Below, piece after piece: positions 11,111-23,392 of a stretch of 53,186 bases of DNA; position 1 is the stretch's first letter, and every line of letters starts with the position of its first letter. The notes beneath the pieces are model-generated. The model saw only the letters and a list, made by a program, of their open reading frames with translations. It was not told where the DNA came from and searched no databases. The DNA is from Octopus sinensis (taxonomy: Eukaryota), in NCBI RefSeq assembly GCF_006345805.1, contig NW_021833902.1:1-53186 (forward strand), in the 5' to 3' direction. The translations under genes were made by a program, and so were the position numbers.

Positions 11111-12494
11111 AAATTTATTTTAAACAAACTACAGGGAAGACAATCTTTTATCGTTTATCCTTTATTTGTATCTGTCAGTGGACTGTGGCCACACTGGAGC
11201 ACCATCTTCTAAAATTTTGTTTTAACCTATCTACCACAGTACTTATATATTTAAAGTCTGGGACTTCTCGGATCTATCGAGTCTATCTTATATATTTTTT
11301 TTACCGGAAAGCTAAATTGTGGGAATATAAACAAACCAACACCGGTTTTCGAACAGTGGTGGGTGATTGTAAGCAGCATGAGTGGATGGACGGAAATGAG
11401 ATATTTTAAAATCCACATCTAGTCATTTTGTCAAAATCCCCATATCAGTATTCATATTTTCATGCCTCCATCCGCTTCTTTCTTTCTTTCTTTCTTTCTT
11501 CGTTGTTTTATACATTATGTTTCTAATTAATTCATTTACGAATTAATTATTTGTTAACCACTTGCCCTTTTAATTATAACCCACACATCTATAAACAAAT
11601 CTATTCTCTCCATTGCCTTCCATACTCATTCTCTCACAATCACCTCACATCTACCTGTAACCATTCAACATACAACCATTCCTTCTCTACTAGTCACGTC
11701 TACAACCATAATTTTTTATATGCCCCAACTGAGCAGACCTCCGAAGAAAACCATTCCTTATATGGCCATCCCATGGTCGTTGTATACTGGACTTCAGTAT
11801 ACAACATGTCCGTTTTCTTTCACGACAGAAGGTGAAAATCTGAAGGAAACTTCTCTACTATGTTTGCAAATCAAAAAACCACATAGACGGTCCCTCGATG
11901 GATCGTTATCAATAATTCATTCTTCCCTAATGACGTCCTTTACAGAATCGTCGCCATTTTGATTAGAATATCGATATATTATATAGATACAAAGACACTT
12001 AACAGGAAGAGGAGTCTATAATCGATTAAATCGATATCAGTACGGTTCAATGAATTAGTTTTCTCAAATGTTAAACTTTCCTAAATAGTTTAGAAACATT
12101 TTCTCCTACTTATTTTACCGATTCCAAAGAGATAATAACAAGGCAAATTAAGTCTCGGTGGAATTTAATCTGAGAAGATTAAGGGTCGTAACTAAATACC
12201 AAAAGACGCTTTGTCCGATTCCACACCTAGTCAGAAAGTCCACGTCTGTTTAACAACGACGACGACGAAAAGAACAAGAACAAGAACAAGAACAATAGCA
12301 GTAATACTCGGAAGGTCGTTATTTTGAGAAGATATTTGTCAATATCACCGATCCTAGTATTTTACTGGTATTTTATTATCGAAAAATAAGATGATCTCGG
12401 TAAGATTAGAAAGAAGAAAGTGCTGGAATTTTTAAACGCAAGGTACATATTTCCGAACGAACTTCTGACGGTTCTGTCAATTACCCACCTTTAT

Positions 12495-12513
12495 AATGAT
12501 GATGATGATGATG

Positions 12514-12566
<53 letters not shown>

Positions 12567-12591
12567 GATAATAGCAATAATAATAATACCA

Positions 12592-12628
<37 letters not shown>

Positions 12629-12629
12629 G

Positions 12630-12692
<63 letters not shown>

Positions 12693-12699
12693 TAATAAT

Positions 12700-12746
<47 letters not shown>

Positions 12747-12757
12747 TGATGATGATG

Positions 12758-12807
<50 letters not shown>

Positions 12808-12820
12808 GATGATAATAATA
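12495..12820. repeat. (TAA)n/(TGA)n compound microsatellite
   Basis: Direct reading. Confidence 0.95.
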
Positions 12821-13045
12821 GTCTTGAAAGGAGTGAGCAAAGATATAGACAAATGGCTGAAGGAGACTGGAAATGAATGCCCGGGAGAGGTCCTACAGGA
12901 AGTTTGTCTTTTAGGGACAGCAAGGATAGGGTTCTAAGCACTTGAAAGACTACTGAAAACTTGTGGATACCTAAAGTAACAGGTAATAATCCACTAGCCA
13001 TATAAGTTCTACCCGGAATAAGACCGAACCTGGGTCAAACCAAAA
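12820..13045 (+). mobile_element. R4/Dong-like (restriction-like endonuclease) LINE, extreme 3' end
   Basis: KGVSKDIDKWLKETGNECPGEVLQEVCLLGTARI followed by a short 3' UTR. It abuts the TAA/TGA array. Confidence 0.75.
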
Positions 13046-13182
13046 ATAATTGATAAGTTGCAAAGTCGAAAAAGAAGTAGGCTGTTGGTGCAAAAGGACT
13101 AAATGATGTTACTATAGAGCTGAAGCAGCGCATTCTTGCCAAAAATGCAAAACTAAGTTTGAATAGCAGATTAAACCATATC

Positions 13183-13419
13183 CATTTTTTTTACTACACA
13201 CAAGGGGCTAAACACAGAGGGGACAAACAAGGGCAGACAAAGGGATTAAATCGATTACATCGACCTCAGTGCGTAACTGGTACTTAATTTATCGACCCCG
13301 AAAGGATGAAAGGCAAAGTCGGCCTCGGCAGAATTTGAACTCTGAACGTAACGACAAACGAACTACGGCTACGCATTTCGCCCGGCGTGCTAACGTTTTT
13401 GCCAGCTCTGCCAGCTCGC
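13183..13419 (-). mobile_element. SINE family B inserted in the LINE, with a 17-bp TSD
   Basis: gcagattaaaccatatc at 13166-13182 and 13418-13434. Confidence 0.9.
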
Positions 13420-13664
13420 AGATTAAACCATATCGGCGAAGCCGGTAGTTTAGAATGAACCAAAACATATTTTATCAAAAAATTAATGATTTAGCACGCC
13501 AAAGATTAGTTCCTGTTGCAGATGAAAGTCGACAGTTTTGGGGTGAGATATGGAGCTGGTATGAACAACACAATAGTGGAGCCGAATGGTTCTGTAAGCA
13601 GAAACAAACAGCTTCTTACATTATTTACATTTGACAGATTTTTGTTCTCATCTTGTTTGCTGTT

Positions 13665-13710
13665 AACACAACGTTTCGGCTGATATACCCTCCAGCCTTC
13701 ATCAGGTGTC
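13665..13710 (-). ncRNA. Minimal type I hammerhead ribozyme motif, core intact
   Basis: GACAC-CUGAUGA-A-GGCUG(GAGGGUAUAU)CAGCC-GAAA-C|G-U-U-GUGUU. Stem I 5 bp, stem II 5 bp, palindromic AACGUU stem III that needs a dimer. Confidence 0.75.
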
Positions 13711-13828
13711 ATGGGGGAAATTTCGAACCTTGATACTTACCCCAAAGGTATTAACATAAAAAAATACCTAAGATATTAACATCGAAAAATACCTTCGGAA
13801 TGAGAACCCAGGTTCGAAATTTCCTCAA

Positions 13829-13874
13829 GACATCTGAAGAAGGCTGGAGGGTATATCAGCCAAAACATTGTGTT
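13829..13874 (+). ncRNA. Hammerhead motif, degenerate copy
   Basis: GACAU-CUGAAGA-A-GGCUG...CAGCC-AAAA-CAUU-GUGUU. G12>A and loss of the stem III palindrome; predicted inactive. Confidence 0.6.
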
Positions 13875-15213
13875 AACAACAAACAAGGTGAGGACAAATA
13901 TCCATCAAATGTAAATAATGTAAATAATGTGCATAATTCCTCATCTCTTAAATATAGAACTATATAAACAGCTTCGTATCCCCAGCAAAAAGCTATCCAG
14001 TTTACCGAGGACAGTATCAGAAATATGAGCAAAAAGATAAGCAATTGGAAAGCAGCAGGATCTGATGGTGTATAGGGATTTTGGATAAAAAAAATTCACT
14101 AGGTGCCATAAATTGATTGCAGAGCAATTTAATTTATCGCTCGATGGAGCAGAAGAAAGTTCAGGGGGGTTGACCAAAGGATGAACTGTGTTGTGCTGGA
14201 AGGAAGCATCGAAAGAAAATATTGCCGACAATTACTAGCCAATTTCTTGCTTTCCATTAATATGGAAATTACTGCCAGGAGGGAATTCGGAAAAAAATGT
14301 TCAAATTTCTTGATGATAACGATATTTAACCAATGGAGTAAAAAGGTTGTAGGCGGGAATAAGTACGAAAGACCAATTATTGATAGACAAAATGGTAATG
14401 CAAGTTTATAAGTGAAAGAGGACGAATTTGGGAATAGCCTGGGTTGATTACCGTAAAGCTTACAATATGATTCCATATTTGTGGATCATTGAGTGCTTAA
14501 ATATGTTTAGAATTGCAAAGAGTGTAACATTTTCCGAAGAGAGGTATGGAGTTGGAAAACTGAGCTGACATCGTACGGACAAGGCTTGGGCTCTATGGGC
14601 ATCAAAAGATAGATTTTCCTAGGAGATTGCTTATCTCTGTTAGTTTTCGTACTTTGCATAATCTCTTTGGCCTTGGTGTTGATGGGAATGAACGTGGGAT
14701 ATCAGTTTAAGGGAAAAATACATCTTGGTGGATGATTTTAAGCTGTATGGCAAGGGTGAGGTATGGGTAAAAACTGTCCACTGTTAAGATGGAATTCGGA
14801 TTCAAGAAGTGTAGGATAATGGGGGTGAAAAATCAGTATTTAATAAAATGAAACTTGTAAATGTGTGAAGAAACCGTGACCTAGAGCCATCCGAGAAACT
14901 CTACAGATTAAGGGTTAGCCTTATTAAAAAAAGAAAGGGCCCTTATCCCGCAGAAAGATAATCACTAACATTGGTATAGTTCAATCAGCTTGAGAATAGC
15001 GATGCAGTTGATTTAATCTCCTCTAGTAATTGAAAGATATTTTATCGACCCTGATTGGATTAAAGACAAAATTGACCCCTATTGTACTTAGACCGTGAAA
15101 AGATGTCCCTAAATGCCTTAAATCATTTCCCCGGCGCTGTTTCGATTCAACCACAGTTAACCTGTTTTCCTTTTATATATGTGTCAGAGCCTTACCACAT
15201 TGTATGCAGGATA

Positions 15214-15587
15214 TCTATATCTCTCTCTATATAAATGGCAAAATGTCTGTCTGTGTGTGTGTCCTTTATACAAATCCACAATTTTTCAGTTAGAGAGCTC
15301 GCACTTTCTATGGTCATTCAAAACCGTCCAAGGATGGTCGTGCACATCTTTACATTTCCCCAGTCTCCCCGCAAAGCCATTAAAAAATCAATAGAAGTGA
15401 CTTTTTTGTGAATTTTCTATCCAAAACCCAATCAAAATGCCCGAACCTTGATACGCCAATTGAATGCCAGCTAGCTGTATGTGATTGGTCGGAGATTTGG
15501 ACAGACGTCGCATGTATATGCGCACGCACACAGCTGTATATGCATACACTAGCACTATGGCCCAGCGTTGCTTGGTCATAGTGCTAG
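15214..15587 (+). mobile_element. Non-autonomous Helitron-like element
   Basis: A^TC 5' end (tctatatctctctctatataaatggc...gtctgtctgtgtgtg), 3' hairpin, terminal CTAG followed by T. Confidence 0.6.
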
Positions 15588-16254
15588 TTCTATAAAAAAA
15601 ATGGAAATATTTTGTACACCTCCATAAGAAATAAGGCAAACAATGTAATACTTTAGTAAGTTTTCTAAATTTTTAACGTTAAAAATAGCTTCTTTATTTG
15701 AAAATTTTTATATGTAATCCGTCAGAAATTTTCTGTTCCATTTCACTTGTATCTTGAAGTAAAAAAAAATGTTAAGAATCGCTGGTTTCAGTTCTTCAAT
15801 TCTTCCACCTTCCAGTTTATTATATGTTAAAGCTGTAGTTTACAGCTGGGACACCTGGTGTATTTATACCTGTTATTTTATTTCTGGTATTGAGTTCGGT
15901 TATTAAGATTAGTCTGACAATTGGATAACAACCAGTTTCGGCTGTAAATTCTATACAGCCTTTTACAGGAGTCAATTTTCCGTTTTTTTTTTAAACCTCG
16001 TTCTTCTCAATAATAATACATCGATTGGAAGGGATGTTTTTGGAACTGATCACTGTAGGAAAGAAAGCAAGAATCATAAAAAAAAAAAACCGAAACATAA
16101 ACCCAACAACATTAGATGATGTTTATTTTCTTTAAACGCTGAAGGAATTTTCACTATAATACTACATGTAGGAATTGTTTTGTAGTCAAAATCAATGGCT
16201 TGTTACAACAAAAATATAAAAAAAAGCCACATTGACAAAACATCAACGATGACG

Positions 16255-16337
16255 ACAACATCAACAGCATCAACATTACAATAACAACAACAACAACAAC
16301 GGCAGCAACAGCAGCAATAATAATAATAATAATAAAC

Positions 16338-16387
<50 letters not shown>

Positions 16388-16396
16388 CAATAATAC

Positions 16397-16427
<31 letters not shown>

Positions 16428-16590
16428 GTAACAATAATAATAATAATAACAATAATAATAATAATAATAATAATAATAGTAACAATAATAATAATAGTAA
16501 CAATAACAATAATAATGATAATAATAGTAAAACTAATAATAAAATAATAATAATAATAAAATAATAATAACAATAATACTAATAATAATA

Positions 16591-16627
<37 letters not shown>

Positions 16628-16716
16628 TAATAATAATAATAATAACAATAATGATAATAATAATAATAATAATAATAATAATAGTAATAATAATAATGAT
16701 AATAATAATAATAATA
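16255..16716. repeat. (CAA)/(TAA)n compound microsatellite
   Basis: Direct reading. Confidence 0.95.
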
Positions 16717-17239
16717 CGAACGTCAGTCATGATAACATCGATAACCATTTAATAAGAACGGTCTGGTGGCTGGGAATTCTTGCACGGTTCACTGAGTCGT
16801 TTTTCCTTAACCGTTAAACTTTTCTGTATAGTTTAGAAACATTTTCCCCTACATTGAACAGACGCGCAGAATAACGCACACATAGGCGCACGGGCGCGTA
16901 CACACACACATACACACATACACATACACGTACACATATACATTCACAAACACAAACACATGCACACTGACATAAACACACATCTACATAGATATTTAAT
17001 ACGGATACACATATGTACGGGGCTGATGCGTCTACATCCTTGCATATACACAAATATACATGCATACACCCGCACACACACACACACACACAGACACACA
17101 CATACACACACACATATATATATGTACACACACACACGTTTATGGAGATTGCTGTGTTTGCACATATAGGTTATTATAAAAATGGAACGAAGAGCGCGCG
17201 CGCACAAACTACATACATAGTTACATAAGGATATGGGTA

Positions 17240-17284
17240 TATATATATATACATATATATACATGTATATATATTATATATTAT

Positions 17285-17317
<33 letters not shown>

Positions 17318-17359
17318 GTATATATATATACATATACATGTATATATATATATATACAT

Positions 17360-17419
<60 letters not shown>

Positions 17420-17836
17420 TATACACATATACACATAAACGATGGTAGATATACATATACATACATCTATATATTGATGGTGTATACAGATGGGTAGTCA
17501 TAGATTTTGATCAAAGTGGAAACACAGAAACACACTTAACATACGTACAAATAGATTGACATAGACGTATATTTAGACCGTGTATGTGTATGTGTGTTTA
17601 CATTTATGCATATATACATATCTCTCTCTATATATACCATACACAGATATAGGACGTCTGCAGATGGGTGCGTATATACAGATAGGCGTAGATTTTAATC
17701 TAAATGCACGCGCACACACATGCACGCGGAGTTACTCACTCACAAACACATGTATACGTATAACCATATTCTTTATATGTGTGCTTGCACGTAAGCATGT
17801 ATATAGGTATACCCCCCACATTCCATATGTATATAT

Positions 17837-17870
<34 letters not shown>

Positions 17871-17883
17871 CATATATATATAC

Positions 17884-17919
<36 letters not shown>

Positions 17920-17955
17920 TATACATACATATAATATATATATACTTATATATAT

Positions 17956-18010
<55 letters not shown>

Positions 18011-18245
18011 TCTACATATATATATATATATATATATAAATATACATATATATATACAATTATATATATATACAATATATATATATACACATATATACAC
18101 ATATATATATACGTACACATACATATATATATATAACACATCCATATATATATATACACATTCATATTTATATATATGTGTGTGTATATATACACACACA
18201 CATATATTTACACACAAATATGTACATATATACATATGTATATAG
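17240..18245. repeat. (TA)n-rich degenerate dinucleotide tracts
   Basis: Direct reading. Confidence 0.9.
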
Positions 18246-18813
18246 AAATAGATGCATGTACACACGCATACATACGCTGACTTCTCCTCCTCCTCCCTTT
18301 CATACTACTACTACTACTACTACTACTTACTACTACTATTTTTTCCATAAACAGCGCTGCAGTTTCACAAGCCAGCCACGTCAGTTCCTAAATGGCTCTA
18401 AGTTATTGCAAAACTCCAGCAAGCTGTTATTGATGGCTGTCAACACACGACTAGGGGGGGTGCCAATTTGGCTAACTTCCGGTATTGGCCTCGACTATTA
18501 CTTGTGATCTAGCCTCCATCGGAGGTCTGATTAATGACGGGGCGGATCGGCTGTCATTGGAAGGTTTAGGGAAATAAGGCCTTTGTTAGCCTTACTGCCG
18601 TCAGGTGACTATTTTCACTTGCCAGACGGGACCCTGACCGCATTAACTTATTAATGGTCCGTTTAACTCTATGTCGATTTGGTTTGGTTTCAAGATGGAT
18701 GGTCGGCCCACCAACCGTCAGGAAAAATACGTTTGTTGTTGTGTCTTCCAGTGTAACAAGGCGAAGACTACGTCAACATGCAATCAGTTGAATCGGTCGG
18801 GGGGCTCCTATCG

Positions 18814-18855
<42 letters not shown>

Positions 18856-19004
18856 GGTTATATTTTGTTCTTTATAACAATTGGTCCAAACGCCATCGAA
18901 TAACGATGTTTGAGAATAAAGAGCAAGTGGAAAGTGTAGGAGAAGAAGGAGCAAAGCAAAGACAATTATACATACATACGTCTATATGTATGTACGTATG
19001 TATG

Positions 19005-19035
<31 letters not shown>

Positions 19036-19375
19036 GTATGTATGTATGTACGTATATATGTATGTATGTATGTATGTACATATATATGTATGTATGTATG
19101 AATGTAAATATATATATATATATGTATATACATATATATACACACACACAAAGTTAAATATATATAAATATATACATATAGATATTTATATATATATATA
19201 TTTGTATATATACATATATATACAGATATACATATCTATATGTATATATATTACGTATATATATTATATACATAAACACACACACACACACACACATATA
19301 TATGATGGTGGTGGGAAACAGCTAGGGAAAGGTTCGGATAATGACAAAGGGAAGTATGTGCTGTGTGTGTGTGTG

Positions 19376-19415
<40 letters not shown>

Positions 19416-19680
19416 ACCGCATGTGGTGAAAGTGGGGAGTGAGAGGGTGAGTAGCAAGTGTACTGCTTAAAAAAGAAAGAAAGGCAGAAAGAAAGGACAG
19501 ACAGACAGACAGAAAGGAGGAAAGAAAGAAGAGTAAAGAGGTGGATGGGAATTAGATAAAGAAACAAAAGGAGGAATTGCGAGCTCGAACAAAACAAAGG
19601 AAACAGAAGACGAAAGAACCGGCCGAGGAGACTGAATACCGCAGCAAATAGGAGGACAATGCCACATAATAGGCGACAAT

Positions 19681-19801
19681 CTTTATTATTATTATTATTA
19701 TTATTATATTATTAATATTATTATTTTTTTTATTATTATTATTATTATTATTGTCGTCGTGGTCGTCGTCATTATCATTATCATCATCATCATCATCATC
19801 A

Positions 19802-19871
<70 letters not shown>

Positions 19872-20031
19872 GTCGTCGTGGTCGTCGTCATTATCATTAT
19901 CATCATCATCATTATTATTATTATTATTATTATTAGTTTCGTCGTCGTCGTCGTCATCATCATCATCATTATCATTATTATCATTATTATTGTCGTCGTG
20001 GTCGTCGTCATTATCATCATCATCATCATCA

Positions 20032-20063
<32 letters not shown>

Positions 20064-20097
20064 TTCGTCGTCGTCGTCGTCATCATCATCATCATCA

Positions 20098-20128
<31 letters not shown>

Positions 20129-20240
20129 AATTATTATTATTATTATTATTATTATTGTTGCTGTTGTTATTATCCTTTTCCCCGTTGTCATTATTGTTGT
20201 TATTATTATTGCAATGATTACGATTATTAGCATCATCACC

Positions 20241-20300
<60 letters not shown>

Positions 20301-20399
20301 CATCATTATTATTATTATTCTTATCATCATCATCATTATTACTTATTATATTATTATTTATTATTATCATTATTATTATTATTATTATCATCATCATCA

Positions 20400-20445
<46 letters not shown>

Positions 20446-20500
20446 CATTATTATTATTATTATTATTATCATCATTATTGTTGTTGCTGTTTTTATTGTT
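19681..20500. repeat. (TTA)n/(TCA)n/(TCG)n compound array with an internal higher-order repeat of about 120 bp
   Basis: ttgtcgtcgtggtcgtcgtcattatc recurs at 19751, 19870 and 19990. Confidence 0.9.
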
Positions 20501-21101
20501 GTTGTTTCTGCATCAGCCCTACTCGTTGTTTTTGTTGTTGCTATTGTAGTTGTTTTGTAAGCAATAACGGCAGCCCATAATTTTAACATTAACGGAACTG
20601 TTTCTCTAACAATAGGGTAACTTTCTTGGAACGGTTCCCCGACCCCCGTCCCCCTCTCCCCATCCCACCCCCACCCCCGTCTCTCTTATATTTCTGAAAG
20701 CATTTCGTCCATTTACATTCATCAAACTCAATCAAAAAGCTATCTTGACAGGAAACTCTTCTAATGAGTTTCATATTAGCCAACGCCACATAACACACCG
20801 CACACACACACCGCACACACACACACACACACGCATACACACACACACATAAACACACACACATTTCTTTATGCGGATATCAAGAGTTAAAGGAAATCGG
20901 ACTCAGCCTCGTTTTCAAAATGGATTCATCGGACATGATGATATTGTGCAATGGCTTGCACAGCCTCCTGTCCTGCCGCATGCATTGCTAGAAATAGCAG
21001 CAAAATCACTTTCGTACTGCACTCTAAAATCGTTTTTGTTATGAGCACAAGACCTGAAATTTTGAGGAGACGGGGCTGTTCGATTACATTGACGCCAGAC
21101 C

Positions 21102-21324
21102 CTAACTGGTACTTATTTTTATCGACCCCCAAAAAGAAGAAATGTACAGTTGACGTCAGTAGAATTTGAACTCAGATCGTAACGCTGGGAGATATGTCAT
21201 CAAATATCTTACCGCCTTAATGTAATAACAGTATTGGTTTCAAAGTGACCTCGGCGAAATTTGAACTCAACGAGTAGCGACTGGTGTGCCCGGTGTGCTA
21301 ACGATTCTGCCAGCTCGCCGCCTA
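21102..21324 (-). mobile_element. Two partial or degenerate SINE family B segments
   Basis: aatttgaactcag twice; ends ctaacgattctgccagctcgccgcc. Confidence 0.7.
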
Positions 21325-21344
21325 AACAGATTCTCAATATAGGT

Positions 21345-21885
21345 TATGTAAATTAAAAGAGGAAAGCGTTATTGATATAGAAAGTGAATGTAGCATGTTA
21401 GCACAGAAAGAATACAAGAAGAGGCATGTCAACCTAGGGAGATTAATCCAAAGAAAATGAACCTAATAAAGTACTAGAAAGTAAGAACTACAAGATGTTG
21501 TGGGGCTTTGACATTCAGTCTGAGTAATAGAAGCTAGAAGGCTTGATTTAGTAGTAGTAGATAAAGAGAATAGAAAGTGCCACGTAACTAACTTTACAGT
21601 TCCAAATGATGAGAAAGTCCATAGGAGAGATATGGAGAAAATAGCAGAGCACCAATACCTAACCATTGAGTTACAGAAGCTATGGAAAATGCGAGTGCTT
21701 ATAGGGGCATTAGGACCTATACCTAAAGATTTGAACAGATGGATAGAAGAAATTGGTATAAAACTCAGTTTAGTACAGCTCCAGAAAACAGTGTTATTAG
21801 GGACAGTTAGGAAACTTAGGAGGGTTCTTGGCATCTAAGGTTACTTGTGGCTCGATGTTAGGAATTGTTTCCAACAGTTTAATCT
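21345..21885 (+). mobile_element. R4/Dong-like LINE 3' portion (CCHC remnant plus RLE domain)
   Basis: ESECSMLAQKEYKKRH, KMLWGFDIQ, IEARRLDLVVVDKENRKC and LIGALGPIPKDLNRWIEEIGIKLSLVQLQKTVLLGTVRKLRRVLGI*. Confidence 0.85.
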
Positions 21886-21910
21886 CTTGTGCGTAAAAGA
21901 AATAATAACA

Positions 21911-22243
21911 AGGGCACTCAGAGAGTGCAAACCTCCGCCAAGGCAACACCAACAGAGACGACTTTTAAAATGAGAATATCTGAAATAAACTCGACTGATC
22001 CCACAAACGAGAATACTAAAAATGAACCCGACTGCTCTCAAAAATTAAGTGAAAAAACAGGAAACATAATCCAGAATACTTGTCCTGTAGCGGAGTGATA
22101 CCGAAATCTAGTTCGTGCCAGTCATGAGGCCAAACTTCACTGAAAGTTTCATCCGAATCCAGCCAGCGGTTCTTGAGATATTTGGACAAACAAACAAACG
22201 CGACTGAAAACAATACCTCTGCCTTCGCTAAGGCGGATGTAAT
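21911..22243 (-). mobile_element. Helentron-associated (HINE/DINE-1-type) non-autonomous element
   Basis: On the minus strand: 5' hairpin acatccgcctt..aaggcagaggt, a (GTTT)n microsatellite, 3' sub-terminal repeat ccttggcggaggt, and terminal stem-loop GCACTC-tct-GAGTGC. Confidence 0.65.
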
Positions 22244-22735
22244 AACGATGATTTCATTTATTTGCCACAAGGGCGTACACTCTAACATGAAGTCAGATAT
22301 ACTGGACACTGCAGTGTGAGATATATGGTCAGACAGTTAAGGCAAGGTTGGAACGCTGGTGAACTGAAGTCTACTCGATCAGGGCTGAGTTAACTTTAAG
22401 CAACAACGACAGATATAATTACTCATGCGCCAAGCTAATAAAGATAATTATTTACTTTCTTCAAAAATAAAACGCTGTGTGGGGGGAATTTTGTTTCTTT
22501 AATGTCGTTGAGTTAAATTGACACTTTGGTCAACAGGGTCAAAAACTTTTGCCAAACAAAGCCAAAAACAGTGCCATTTCAATGCCAATTTCCAATTAAA
22601 TCGAATCACACGTAAACACCGGTTGTGATGCCAAAGAACTTTTGCGAAGTGATAAACGAAAAGCGACAATAATACACTACGATTCAACGCACTCGATATA
22701 GTTTGATCTTTACTCACATCTCAAAAACGATTAGC

Positions 22736-22789
<54 letters not shown>

Positions 22790-22792
22790 GAA

Positions 22793-22981
22793 GGCGGCGA
22801 GCTAGCAGAATCATAACGCATTTCGTCCGTCTTTACGTTCTGAGTTCAAATCCTACCGAGGTAGTTTTTGCCTCTCATCTCTCTCGAGGTCGATAAATTA
22901 AGTACCAGTTGCATACTGAGGTCGTTCTAATCGACTGGGTGCCTCCCCAACATTTCAGGCCTTGTGCTTACAGTAGAAACG

Positions 22982-22984
<3 letters not shown>
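22793..22984 (+). mobile_element. SINE family B (short alternative tail) between (TTA)n tracts
   Basis: ggcggcgagctagcagaa...gagttcaaatcc...gtcgataaattaagtacc...gtagaaacgatt. Confidence 0.8.
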
Positions 22985-23028
<44 letters not shown>

Positions 23029-23205
23029 CGTCATCATTGCCTTTGCACAGCTTCTAAAGCTGGAGATGTATTACAGTGTCAGCTGTTCACTACCAGTGAA
23101 CTAAGATAGCACCTCTAATTTTTCGAGCACCATCCGGAGTATTCGAGCGGTTCTAAGCAGTGCTGTTTTCTGCAAGTGCTCCACCCTTATTACAGCCCCT
23201 ATTTG
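23029..23205 (-). mobile_element. R4/Dong-like LINE 3' tip embedded in microsatellite
   Basis: Minus strand reads EQQIGAVIRVEHLQKTALLRTARILRMVLEK, then a short 3' UTR running into (TAA)n. Confidence 0.75.
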
Positions 23206-23300
23206 TTGTTCTTGTTCTTGTTCTTGTTCTTGTTCTTGTTCTTGTTCTTGTTCTTCTTCTTCTTCTTCTTCTTCTTCTTCTTCTTCTTCTTCTTCTTCTT

Positions 23301-23390
<90 letters not shown>
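23206..23390. repeat. (TTCTTG)n-(TTC)n-(TTA)n compound microsatellite
   Basis: Direct reading. Confidence 0.95.
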
Positions 23391-23392
23391 TA

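Larger units (their letters stand above)
13616..13965. mobile_element. Penelope-type hammerhead element as a head-to-head inverted pair, with a 10-bp TSD
   Basis: Inverted arms 13616-13730 and 13810-13923. TSD aaacagcttc at 13606-13615 and 13966-13975. Same family as 25201-25503. Confidence 0.8.
13046..14830 (+). pseudogene. R4/Dong-like LINE ORF remnant including the reverse transcriptase domain, split by two insertions
   Basis: Pieces read GLNDVTIELKQRILAKNAK, ESRQFW.EIWSWYEQHNSGAEWF, KISNWKAAGSDGV*GFWIKKF, NLGIAWVDYRKAYNMIP, IFLGDCLSLLVF and VDDFKLY (FMDDLKLY-type). Many stops and frameshifts. Confidence 0.85.
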
